From: Eledone cirrhosa
Taxonomy: Eukaryota
DNA: 64,000 nt
Direction: 5' to 3'
NCBI GenBank assembly: GCA_964016885.1
Contig: OZ024741.1
Coordinates: 150,040,001-150,104,000, forward strand
Shown here: positions 50,360 to 64,000 of the stretch, piece after piece
Numbering within the stretch: position 1 is the stretch's first letter
Layout: every line of letters begins with the position of its first letter
Notes under the pieces: generated by a model
Told to the model about the DNA's origin: nothing
Database searches by the model: none
Seen by the model: only the letters and a program-made list of their open reading frames with translations
Position numbers and translations under genes: made by a program

Positions 50360-53212
50360 GTGGTAGATGAGTTGAACAATGATAGTGGGAGACCTATGAA
50401 CCTAAGATTTGTAGACAGGAAAAAGTTAAAAGAAACAACAGCTAAGGTAAACAAAGTCATCCCATACCTTGAGGCGAGGAGTCTTCACCAGTGCAACAAT
50501 ATCCTCAAAGCAACAGCAAATACGGTGAGGAAACTACTTGGTATAAAAGCGAGAGGAAACAACAGACAAGAAAGAGTAGAGCCGTGGTGGAAGAAGCGAC
50601 TGAGTGGGCAAATCGAGGAAATGAGAAATGACATAGGAAAGCTTGAGTCACTACTGAATGGGACACTAAAAAACATAGGCACTAAAAATAGACTGGAAAT
50701 AAAATACAAAACTAGGAGTAAAAAGCTAAATATTATCATAGAGGAATTGAAGCAACGCATTGTAGCAAAGAGTGCCAAAATCAGGCGATACGAGAACAGA
50801 GTCAGTCAGTATAAACAGAACCGCATGTTCGACAACAACCAGAAGATGCTGTTTGGACAGCTTGAGGGGAAAGAAAGAGGCAACGACTTGATCCCTGGGG
50901 CGGAACAAGCTAAAACATTCTGGAGAGGAATATGGGAGCAGGATGTTAGACACAATGCCCAGGCAGGGTGGATTGAGACAGTACAGAGGGAGATCGGTGA
51001 GCAGGCACAGCAACAGACTGATTTGAGTATCACAGTTGAAACTCTTAAGGGGCAAGCCAAAAAACTAACCAACTGGAAATCACCAGGCCCAGATGGTGTG
51101 CAGGGGTATTGGATTAAACATTTAACATCCCTCCACCCGAAGCTGACGGCCATGTTCAATGACTGCTTGGTGTCGGGTGAGGTGCCAGAGTGGTTGACAA
51201 AAGGTACCACAGTTCTGATAATGAAAGACCGAATCAAGGGTAATGATGTTACCAACTATAGACCTATCACATGTCTGCCCGTAATGTGGAAACTGTTGAC
51301 GAGCATTGTGTCTGAGGAAATCTACCATCACCTCCACACAAACAACTTGTTGCCGGACGAACAGAAAGGATGCCGAAAGAAGTCACGTGGTACAAAGGAC
51401 CAGTTGCTTATTGATAAGATGGTAATGGGGAATTGCAGGAGGAGACACACTGATCTTGCCATGGGATGGATAGACTACAGAAAGGCATTTGACATGGTGC
51501 CTCATTCCTGGATCACCAAAAGCCTGGAGATCTTCAGGGTGGCAGATAACATCAGACAGTTGCTGGGCAGGAGTATGGGGTCCTGGGAGACAGAGTTGAC
51601 ATCAACTGGAGTATCCTTGGGAAGCGTGAAGATCAAGAGAGGTATCTTCCAGGGAGATAGCCTGTCCCCTCTGTTGTTTGTCCTTGCCCTGATGCCCTTG
51701 ACCATTATGCTGCGAAAAGTGAGAGCAGGATACAAGTTGGGAAGGGGAGAGCTTACCATCAATCACCTCCTCTTCATGGACGATCTTAAGCTCTTCGGGA
51801 AAAGTGAGAAGGAGTTGGATGTGCTTGTTGACACTGTCCGTATTTTCAGCAGTGATATATGTATGCAGTTTGGTATTGGTAAATGTGGAGTCATTGTGAT
51901 GAGGAGGGGTAGGTTGAGCAGAAGTAACGGGATCCAGATACCAACAGGTGAGATGATAAAGGAAATTGACTCTGAGGAAGGATACAAGTATTTGGGCGTT
52001 CTGGAGGCTGATGGCATAAAGAACAAAAAAATGAAGGAATTGTTAAGAACTGAATACATTCGGAGAGTAAGGAGCGTATTGAAGTCACATCTGAACAGCA
52101 GAAATGCCATAAGCGCAGTAAATTCCCGAGCTGTATCTATTATTAGGTACAGTGCGGGAATTCTGAGATGGAATGTTGCTGAACAAAAAGAAATGGATAG
52201 GAAGACTAGGAAGCTATTGACTATCTACAACATGTTCCACAAGAGGAGTGATGTCGATAGACTCTACCTAAGGAGATCTGAGGGTGGAAGAGGTCTTATC
52301 AGCATAGAGGACTGTGTTCAGATGGAGAAAAACAACCTATACAAATACGTGACCTATAGTAAGGAGCCAATGCTCAGAGCTGTACTGAAGGAGGGGACAG
52401 TAGGCCAGGGGATATCCAAGGAGGAAATAACATCAAGGAGGAAGAGCAGCCTTAAGGGAAAATCCCTTCATAGTACCTTCTTTGAGAAAACTGAATTTAG
52501 AGATCCACAGACATGGAACTGGTTGAGAAGAGGAGACCTCAAAAAGGCTACAGAAGGAATGCTAATGGCTGCGCAGGAGCAGGCCCTCAAAACGAAGTGG
52601 TTGAAGCACCATATCTACAAGGAGGAGGCTAGCCCACTGTGCAGGATCTGTGGAGAGAGAGAGGAGACTGTGGCTCACATTGTGTCCGAGTGTAAACACC
52701 TAGCCCAGACCCACTATAAGGGCTGGAGACACGATGTGATGGGCAGGGTGATCCACTGGCACCTGTGCAAAGTAAACAATCTACCACATTCTGAGAAATG
52801 GTATGAGCATAGGCCAGAGGCGGTGATGGAGAACAGTCAGGTGAAGGTGCTGTGGGATTTTAGGATACAGACGGACAAAAAACTGGAACACAATAGACCT
52901 GACCTGGTGGTTGTGGACAAAGAAAAAAGATCGTGCCTGATTGTGGATGTGGCCTGCCCGTTCGACACGAGAGTGCAAGAGAAGGAGAGGGAGAAAATTA
53001 ACCGATACCAGGACCTAAAGTGGGAGGTGAAAAGGATTTGGAACTGCCATGAAGTCAAAGTGATCCCGATTGTCATAGGCGCACTGGGGACTATCTCCAA
53101 AGGTTTCCAGGGATGGTTAAAGAAAATCGGCCCCTTCACGCTTTTTGGAACGCTTCAAAAGGCATGCTTGCTTGGAACGGCAAGAACCCTCCGATACGTC
53201 CTGAATATCTGA
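50360..53212 (+). CDS. Reverse transcriptase plus restriction-like endonuclease ORF of an R4/Dong-clade non-LTR retrotransposon (uninterrupted, probably 5'-truncated)
   Basis: 950 codons: KSPGPDG, NYRPITCL, WIDYRKAFDMVPH, GIFQGDSLSP, HLLFMDDLKL, CRICGEREETVAHIVSEC (CCHC), RHD, NRPDLVVVD..IVDVACP..EKINRY. Confidence 0.95.
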   Translation: MVDELNNDSGRPMNLRFVDRKKLKETTAKVNKVIPYLEARSLHQCNNILKATANTVRKLLGIKARGNNRQERVEPWWKKRLSGQIEEMRNDIGKLESLLNGTLKNIGTKNRLEIKYKTRSKKLNIIIEELKQRIVAKSAKIRRYENRVSQYKQNRMFDNNQKMLFGQLEGKERGNDLIPGAEQAKTFWRGIWEQDVRHNAQAGWIETVQREIGEQAQQQTDLSITVETLKGQAKKLTNWKSPGPDGVQGYWIKHLTSLHPKLTAMFNDCLVSGEVPEWLTKGTTVLIMKDRIKGNDVTNYRPITCLPVMWKLLTSIVSEEIYHHLHTNNLLPDEQKGCRKKSRGTKDQLLIDKMVMGNCRRRHTDLAMGWIDYRKAFDMVPHSWITKSLEIFRVADNIRQLLGRSMGSWETELTSTGVSLGSVKIKRGIFQGDSLSPLLFVLALMPLTIMLRKVRAGYKLGRGELTINHLLFMDDLKLFGKSEKELDVLVDTVRIFSSDICMQFGIGKCGVIVMRRGRLSRSNGIQIPTGEMIKEIDSEEGYKYLGVLEADGIKNKKMKELLRTEYIRRVRSVLKSHLNSRNAISAVNSRAVSIIRYSAGILRWNVAEQKEMDRKTRKLLTIYNMFHKRSDVDRLYLRRSEGGRGLISIEDCVQMEKNNLYKYVTYSKEPMLRAVLKEGTVGQGISKEEITSRRKSSLKGKSLHSTFFEKTEFRDPQTWNWLRRGDLKKATEGMLMAAQEQALKTKWLKHHIYKEEASPLCRICGEREETVAHIVSECKHLAQTHYKGWRHDVMGRVIHWHLCKVNNLPHSEKWYEHRPEAVMENSQVKVLWDFRIQTDKKLEHNRPDLVVVDKEKRSCLIVDVACPFDTRVQEKEREKINRYQDLKWEVKRIWNCHEVKVIPIVIGALGTISKGFQGWLKKIGPFTLFGTLQKACLLGTARTLRYVLNI

Positions 53213-53298
53213 GGCTGCAGGTAGTGGCTTGATATTCAATCCAACGGACTTTCCAGTTAACCAACATCAATGACTGAGATTCAAGGAATAACAATAAC

Positions 53299-53337
<39 letters not shown>
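50360..53337 (+). mobile_element. R4/Dong-type LINE with short 3' UTR and (TAA)n tail
   Basis: The ORF above, ~75-bp UTR and (TAA)n at 53288-53337. Confidence 0.9.
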
Positions 53338-53338
<1 letters not shown>

Positions 53339-53730
53339 GGTTATTATAATAGACTCAGGTGGTACAGTTTGGATTATGGAATTGTTGGGTCGAATCAAGT
53401 ATATATAGTGTTAGTATGATAAATAATAGACAGTTTAATCTGTACATTTTATTACAGCATTCCTTTATACGCATATATACGTATATATACATACATAAAC
53501 ATATTATTTACAGTTGTATAAAAAAGAAGTATAATTGTTTCTACTTTTGGCACAATACCAACAATTATCCAATACATTACTGGTACTTTATTATATATAA
53601 TATATATAATATGACATTCCTCTCTCATTCTTACTCTGTCTTTTTAGATAGATACATAGCTATAATGTCGCGCCCTTATTATATCTCTCTGTCTGGCTGC
53701 CTGTCTACATTGACTTCGCTTCTAATCAAC

Positions 53731-53824
<94 letters not shown>

Positions 53825-53867
53825 ATATATATATTATATATATATATATATATATTATATATTCCTG

Positions 53868-54220
53868 TACATATTTTCAACAGTAATACTATACTATATA
53901 TTTTCAACAGTAATAATATACTATATATTTTCAACAGTAATACTGTACTATATATTTTCAACAGTAATACTATACTATACTACATATTTTCAACAGTAAT
54001 ACTATAATATACTATATATTTTCAACAGTAATAATGTACTGTACTATATATTTTCAACGGTAATACTGTACTATATATTTTCAACATTATTATAGTACAG
54101 TATTACTGTTGAAAATATATAGTATAGCATAGTATTAAACAGTAATACTGTACTATACCATATATTTTCAACAGTAATACTGTACTATAGTATATATTTT
54201 CAACAGTAATACTATACTAC
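53868..54220. repeat. ~27-32-bp minisatellite (TATATTTTCAACAGTAATACTATAC) with one inverted unit
   Basis: About 11 copies; inverted copy at ~54095-54137; decayed Helitron-like end at 54243-54270. Confidence 0.8.
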
Positions 54221-54267
54221 ACAGACGGCTTATCGTCTGTTTATCCAAGCGAAGCTAGGTACTCAGC

Positions 54268-54298
<31 letters not shown>

Positions 54299-54303
54299 GT
54301 GTA

Positions 54304-54334
<31 letters not shown>

Positions 54335-55575
54335 TGGTAAAAGGAAAAGAAAATGCTGACAAATTGTTCCCAGTGAAAAATAGTTTAATTAGCAATAAGT
54401 AAAAATTAGTAATAGTATTGGTTAGTATTCAGTTTTGGTTTTAAGTTTCACCGGTTGCGCATTTCTAATGCTTTTCAAAAATAATTTTGAGATAGAGCGC
54501 CCGTGATGTTTGCTCTAATATATATATATATATGGGTGCCGTAGAACACGTCAATGGTAGTCGGACGCCAGCCGGACGGGCCAGATAGTATATATATATA
54601 TATATAAAGAAAAAAAGATGAAATCGAAAATGCAACTGGAGTCTTATTTAAAAAAAAATATATATATTTATTTGGTTCCTTTACCGGATTCGCAGTTCTT
54701 CTGCTTTTCAAAAGTAGAGTTGAGATGGAAGGTCTGTGGTTTTTCTCAGACCCTCCATCTCAACTCTACTTTTGAAAAGCAGAAGAACTGCGAAACCGGT
54801 AAAGGAACCAAATAAACATATATATTTTAAAAAAAATAAGACTCCAGTTGCATTTTCGATTTCATCTTTTTTTCTTTATACTTTCACTCGTGTAGGACAC
54901 CGGTTATTTTTCATTTTGTAAAAAAACCTCACTTTCTAATATATATATATATATATATATATGAATAAGTATGACCCCGACGGCAGAGCTCAAGCCGTTT
55001 CGACGGCTATTTCTGAGTCCAGAAATAGCCGTTTCGACAGCTATTTCTGGACTCAGAAATAGCCGTCGAAACGGCTTGAGCTCTGCCGTCGGGGTCATAC
55101 TTTTTCCTATTTCCCACTCAACTACCCTAAGTATTGAGTACTCTGGTGCGTTATGGTCCATCTGGTTCCTTACCACAATTCCTTTGTTATATATATATAT
55201 ATACAAATAAAGATTCAGCGAGAATCGCATTTTCAGCGGGGAGGAAGAGCGAAGCGAAACGTAAAAATCAGAAATGATACTGGCAAAGTGCTCAATAGTT
55301 AAAAACCAGAGCTAAACAATGTGTTAAGAAGCCATACAAAACTGAAAAGGTGGTCAAGAAAGCAAATCAAGCCAAAAACCAAATCAAGCTAAACAGGTCA
55401 AAACAAAATAAATGATAAAAAATGTATGTATGTATGTATGTATGTATGTATGTATGTATGTATGTATGTATGTATGTATGTATGTATGTATGTATGTGTA
55501 TATATATATATAGAGAGAAAAACATTTATTTATTTTTGTGTATATGTATGTGTTTGCATTATGTATGTATGTATG

Positions 55576-55630
<55 letters not shown>

Positions 55631-55837
55631 AAACGAAAAATCAGTGATACATCTGAACTCAATTTATTGTGTGTTACAATTGTTTCGCCGGCGGACAGCT
55701 CGAGACACGATCATTGTGTGGATCTGTCTGATTCTGGATCCGCAGGTTCGACGGACACGCCTGTATATATACACACACGTGTCCATATATACAGGCACAA
55801 ATACAGACTCGCTCGCAAACATATATATATATATATA

Positions 55838-58481
<2,644 letters not shown>

Positions 58482-61400
58482 TTAGACGTGTCCGTCGAAC
58501 CTGCGGATCCAGAATCAGACAGATCCACACAATGATTGTGTCTCGAGCTGTCCGCCAGCGAAACAATTGTAACACAATCAGACACATATATATTACCATC
58601 AGACACATATATATTACGCTCCTTTACAAGAAGAGCGCTTACAGCGATTCTCCATGGAAAAATTCAATTACTCTTCCTCTTTAAAGGACATCCGGATCCC
58701 GTCTGACAACACGTACATGAGCCTACTGATACACCACACCAACTCTTTCGTTAGACGCATGGGATGGCGCGCATTTCACCACGACAGAAGGACACAGCAA
58801 CACGCACCCGATAATCCTCAGGACCGCCTAAAGCGGATCTTTAGATCAAGACAACACATAACGCACAGCTGGAAGAATTTGAAGACCGTATCATCAACAT
58901 CGTCCGAAACATCAAATTCCGAAGGAATAATACACGACATACGGATTACCTCCGGAGATTGAGCTCCACAATCAAAAGCATGGAAGAATGCCCGGATTTA
59001 CTTGTGCCCTCGGACAAAACTGGTAATGTATACATGCTCGACCGCTTTACATACAACGACTGCATCGAGAAAGAGGTTAGGAAAAATTACAGAACCACAG
59101 GACAGGACAACTTATATAACATTAACGCCACGACCCAAAAATTAATGACTGGGCTAGTAATAGATGATCGGACAGAACAATATGTACCTACAAAACCTCG
59201 GATATCCATTAAGGATCATAAATTAGACTTTAGAACTAATCTACCTGTTAGGCTAATAACACCCTCCAAATCAGACATAGGCAGGACCAGCAAGAATATC
59301 ATAGACATGATACTACCGGTCCTTAGGAACAAAACTAGGCTTAGCTTATGGACCTCCACCAAGGAGGTAATTGACTGGTTCTCGCTTATAGATAACAAAC
59401 AGCAGGTAAATTGTATTCAATTAGACATAGCGAATTACTAAGCGTCAGTATCACCTGTAATAGTGAACAAGGCCCTCATGAGCGCCATGGCCAAGTCCAA
59501 CCTCACTAGGGAGGAGGCAAACCTCATAATAGCAGCAAGAAAGACGCTAATTAGCTTCGAAGACAAGTTATGGGAGAGGAGGGACAGACCCGACAGTTTC
59601 GATATTACTATGAGGTCGAGCGACTTTGCGCAGGTGACCGACCTGGTGGGATCTATCTCCTCCAAAGATTAGCGGAGGAGATCCCAGGGATCGGTCGAAG
59701 AATATACAGAGACGACGCACTTTTTACCTTCCGTTCCCTAAACCCCAGCCAGCTGGAGCGTATGAGGAAGCGCATATCGTACTTTTTTAAGCAACACGGC
59801 TTATCCGTGATGATAGATCCTAGCACTAAGGCGGTGAATTTCCTGGACGTTACCCTGGAAATGAATACGGGCATTCACCGACCTTATCACAAGCCCAATG
59901 AGAACCTGCAATATGTGAACAGGCAATCGAACCACCCCAAGTCAGTCATAGAAGCAATAGTTAAAGGGGTGTCTAAACGCGTATCCACCCTGTCGGCCAA
60001 CGCAGACGTGTTCAACCATCACGCCGATTATTATAATGAGGCACTGCGCAGGGCCGGTTACACAGAAAGCATATTGTACACCACGGACAGAGAAGAGCCT
60101 AGCGCCGAGGCATGCGGATACGGCAATAGTAGTAGCACTTCCATAGGTAGTAGAAACGACCCGGAACTAGCTTCCAAGAACACCAGTAGCAGCACAGATC
60201 ACCATAAGGACACAGGACCGACAATAGGATAGATGAAGACACACACGGGCGACAGACCACCCAGTACACGTGGACAAAAGCCCGGCACGCACACCACATG
60301 CGTCGTGGAAACTAGAACTAGGGATAGGGTAAGGACAAGTACTGCTGTGGCACCCGGTAGAGGAACAACCGGCCCGGTAGCAATGGTATAGCCCCGACAA
60401 CAGTACCACATAGCATTAACGAGACTAACAGTAGAGCTGACAATACAAAACGGAATACTTTAGTAAGCGAAAGGCATAACCCTGACGCCCACAGTAGGCA
60501 TATAGATAGAGGCAACACAGGGGACGAAATAATGGGCGGGCAAAACCCGAGACGGACACCAGACTCAAAACACATTCACGCTACTACACACACACACGAA
60601 AGAACAAGACAAGATCTAAGGCCGTTACATAGTTTAACGCGCCGTATTCTAAGCCTGTATGCAGCAATGTACCAGGCCTCTTTTTCCGAGCGTTAGACGA
60701 GTGCTTCCCGCCGTCGAACAGATACCACAAGATTTTCAACCGCCACACGGTGAAGTTTTCCTTCTCCACAGCACCTAACATGGCCGACTACATGGCCAAC
60801 AACGCGACGAAGATGGGGAACCTCGACCGTCAACCGCGACGGCTGAATGACTATCCATCGGCGCCCGGAGGCCCCCTCGCAGGCCGGTCTTCCAACTACA
60901 ACCGGGCCCTTGCGGCGGCCGCCACCTCCGCGGAAGACGATACAATCCAACGCCGGGCGGGAATGGGTGGCGGAGGAGAGACCACCGTGTCGATGGAACA
61001 ACACCCTGAGGATCGAGAGAGGGCCATAGGAGATCAAGGGCCAGGCGTCCGAAATGAACAACATAACGACAGAACGTGCAACTGCAGAGCGTGCACGCAG
61101 TGCCCCCTGCAGGGAAGATGCCTAACGAAGCGCCTGATATATAAATGTGTGGTTAGCATGCACAATATAAAGCGCACCTACATCGGCGCAACATCCACGA
61201 CCTTTAAATCGCGGATGTATAACCACACGAACTCTTTCAAGAACCGGAGTAAGAGGCACTCTACTAGGCTGGCGGACCTGGTGTGGGACTTGAAAGACAA
61301 AGGCACCCCGTATGCCCTTGACTGGAGTAGCGTTCGGCACGCGACTGCATACTCGGCTGGAAATAGAAAGTGTAGGCTATGTCTGTCCGAGGCCATGGAG

Positions 61401-62493
61401 ATAGACTGAAGGATGATGCAGTCAACCTGAAATCGGAAATAATCATGACGTGCAGACACCAGAGAAGGTGCACACTCTCCGCATGGAATCCACCGGGTAG
61501 CCCAGGCTAAAGGCATGCGGCGGAGCGCACGCCGACCAGAGCGGCGAAACGGTTTCAAGGGATCAGACACCATACCCTGATGACTATATATCCCCCATGG
61601 GGTAAGCCGAAATAACCAAGGATGCATACCCGACTCTGCACGTCACCCTAGGCAAGAACATCGCCTGATCCAGGAGAGGTTGAATCCGGATTCCATTGAC
61701 TTTCAGTCAAATGCCTTACACCTATAAGACAATATACCTCAACCACAGTGACATACTCCAGTGTGGCCGGTCCAAGCACCCATATGCATGTGTATCTTTT
61801 CAATAGAGAGTCCATACTCTCCACGTATTCCATTTTGTAACACATATTGTATTTTCCGTGTACAGACCCACGTGTGTATCTCATACTTCTCTTGTGTACT
61901 ATCTCATACGCATACACGTTCCTTCTTTTTATATGTTTTCTTTTTTTAATATATTTTCTGCACGCATTTTCTATGTACGGTCTGCGCATACTATTTACTG
62001 TATACTGTAATACCATGAACGCCCATTATGTGGCCTTGCGCAAAGATTCCATATGTGGTTTGATCCATGTTCGCAACGTAACATCTCTGTAGACACATAC
62101 AACTGGGCGCAACCTTTCACATATTGCTCACTGTATATCTCTATGTGACGTTATATGTATATTTTTAATATATTTTATATTTCTTTTATATATGTGTATA
62201 TATGTATGTGTATATATATATGTATATATTTATGTATGTGTATATATATGTATATGGTTATATTGTTTATATATGTGCATGTTTCTGACAAGATGCACCC
62301 TTTCATGTATGACCCATTGTGTATCTTTATATGACTCTGTGTGTATATCCTATTTGTGTATATATATATATGTATGTATCTTTGTATGTGTGCGTGGGCC
62401 TGTATGTGAATGTGCGCATATTTGTAGGAGTGTATATGAGCCAGTGTGAGTGTGTGTGTATACAAGCACCCACTGTAGGGAAAGGGCTTGTTG

Positions 62494-62539
<46 letters not shown>

Positions 62540-63265
62540 TTGCGAGCGAGTGTGTATCTGTGCCTGTATATATGGACACGTGTGTGTATGTGTGTGTACA
62601 TGGGGGGGAGGGGAGGGGGTGTCTATGTATATATCCATATGTATATGTCTGTACGTGTTTGTGTATACGGGTATATATACGGGTATGCATGTGTGTGGGC
62701 CTGTGTGTGTGTGTGTCTGTGTTGATGTATGTGGGCATGTAGGCAGGCGTCTGTGTATGCGTATGTTTATAGGTTGATATGTTCTCCTTAAATGTGTGTG
62801 TATAGCTGGAGTCTATGCGTACGACTGTCGTTATCTATGTGATTATGAGTGCGCGCGTGGACGTGTGAACTACCAAACCCAGCAGTAATTCATCGAAGTG
62901 TGGCAGACACGGGACAGCTGATGGTCAGCCGAGCGATTCCTGTTGGTTAGAATTATGATGACGTAGACAACCAGCGGCCAATAACAGGACGCGCGAAGAG
63001 GATGAAGTTTTTGACTCTAACACCCCAGTGAAAGAATTTGCTCCGAAATTATTAGACGTGTCCGTCGAACCTGCGGATCCAGAATCAGACAGATCCACAC
63101 AATGATCGCGTCTCGAGCTGTTCGCCGGCGAAACAACTGTAACACACAATAAATTGAGTTCAGATGTATCACTGATTTTTCGTTTTATATTATATCATAC
63201 TCTGCTCTGTAAGAACATAGAGTGCTCAACCGACACACCGCCTATGGAAGCATCTTAGCTACCAT
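58482..63265 (+). mobile_element. Near-full-length Naiad-type Penelope-like element; coding region 58654-61510 with stops and frameshifts; long 3' pLTR
   Basis: SLKDIRIP..FVRRMGWRA, PSDKTGN, IKDHK..VRLI, LDIANY, FDITM, IYRDDAL, VNFLDVTL, SNHP, FNAPYS, CNCRACTQCPLQGRC, LIYKC..YIGATS..FKSRMYNH, CRLCLSE, TCRH. Confidence 0.93.
63058..63145 (+). ncRNA. Hammerhead-like motif with non-canonical CCGUCGA core (family K; copies 55671-55758 -, 56625-56712 -, 58488-58575 +)
   Basis: GTGT-CCGTCGA-branched stem II (GCGGA/TCCGC)-GAAA-CAA(T/C)TG-TA-ACAC, followed by AATAAA. Confidence 0.55.
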
Positions 63266-63305
63266 CACACACGCACACACACGCACACACACGCACACAC
63301 ACACA

Positions 63306-63368
<63 letters not shown>

Positions 63369-63787
63369 ACACAGACACACACACACACAGACACACACAC
63401 ACACACAGACACACACACACACACACACACACATATGTATATATATATATTGTGGGGAAAGACGTATATTTGTCATATTTACATATCAACATTCTAAAAA
63501 TAACATTTAGACAGTCTCAGTTACTCCTCTTCTCTATATATACAGATACGACTTTATCATATTCTTCGACTGCTTAACGCACGACCTAATATATATCTTA
63601 AATAACTGCTAGTCTGAATGGCTTTATTGCCCACTTATGGTTTAATTATGAACATTTACCGGCATGTATTATTTACGATTGACTAGATACCGCAATAACG
63701 CAGACGGTTATTTGAGTCTGGTATTACCCAATGATAACACTCACGATATGAAGAGAGCTAACTGTTAGATTGTAATCGCCGAGCATA

Positions 63788-64000
63788 TTGTGCCTCTCCT
63801 TTGTTCTGTCCTACGCCATCTTGTTTTTGTGTGTGTCAACATGTAAAGCACACAAAAACAAGATGGCGTAGGACAGAACAAAGGAGAGTCACAAAAACAA
63901 AGCAAAGAATCCCCAGTCACTGAAGAGGTCACATAATGTGTGACGAAAGAACTTTGACAATATATGAACAACCGTCCTGTTATGGAACCAACCAAGCAAC
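63788..64000 (+). repeat. Family E pLTR fold-back fragment with an intact HHR (63916-63958)
   Basis: 63791-63834 is inverted relative to 63850-63893; HHR identical to 3632-3674. Confidence 0.8.

Noticed and set aside
61571-61625. CTGATGA...GAAA after the Naiad stop codon (mirror at 58150-58204)
   Set aside because: The base of stem II does not pair and there is no stem III or UH triplet; at best a decayed HHR. It also lacks the apical AA of a SECIS.

Overview
AT-rich eukaryotic intergenic or intronic DNA. It is most likely from an octopod cephalopod, inferred from a tRNA-headed Nin-domain-like SINE and very long (TA)n/(CA)n tracts. No host protein-coding gene is recognisable, and most ORFs in the track are microsatellite artefacts. 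The window is dominated by Penelope-like retroelements (PLEs: two Naiad-type elements plus a Naiad endonuclease fragment, and two other endonuclease-bearing PLEs) and their pseudo-LTR (pLTR) derivatives, many arranged as fold-backs. It also holds an R4/Dong-type non-LTR element with an intact 950-codon RT+RLE ORF, RTE, L1/Tx1, Tc1 and Helitron remnants, SINEs, and a U6/tRNA-Met remnant. The main hidden signal, read by eye, is about 35 type I hammerhead ribozyme (HHR) motifs from about 11 sequence families, most with palindromic stem III. They include U3-A8 core variants and a 4-copy CCGUCGA core variant. Two related non-coding units of about 430-470 bp look like retrozymes: they are circularly permuted and carry an octamer/TATA snRNA-type promoter in front of an HHR embedded in a long stem. 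Coordinates were read manually and may be off by a few bases.
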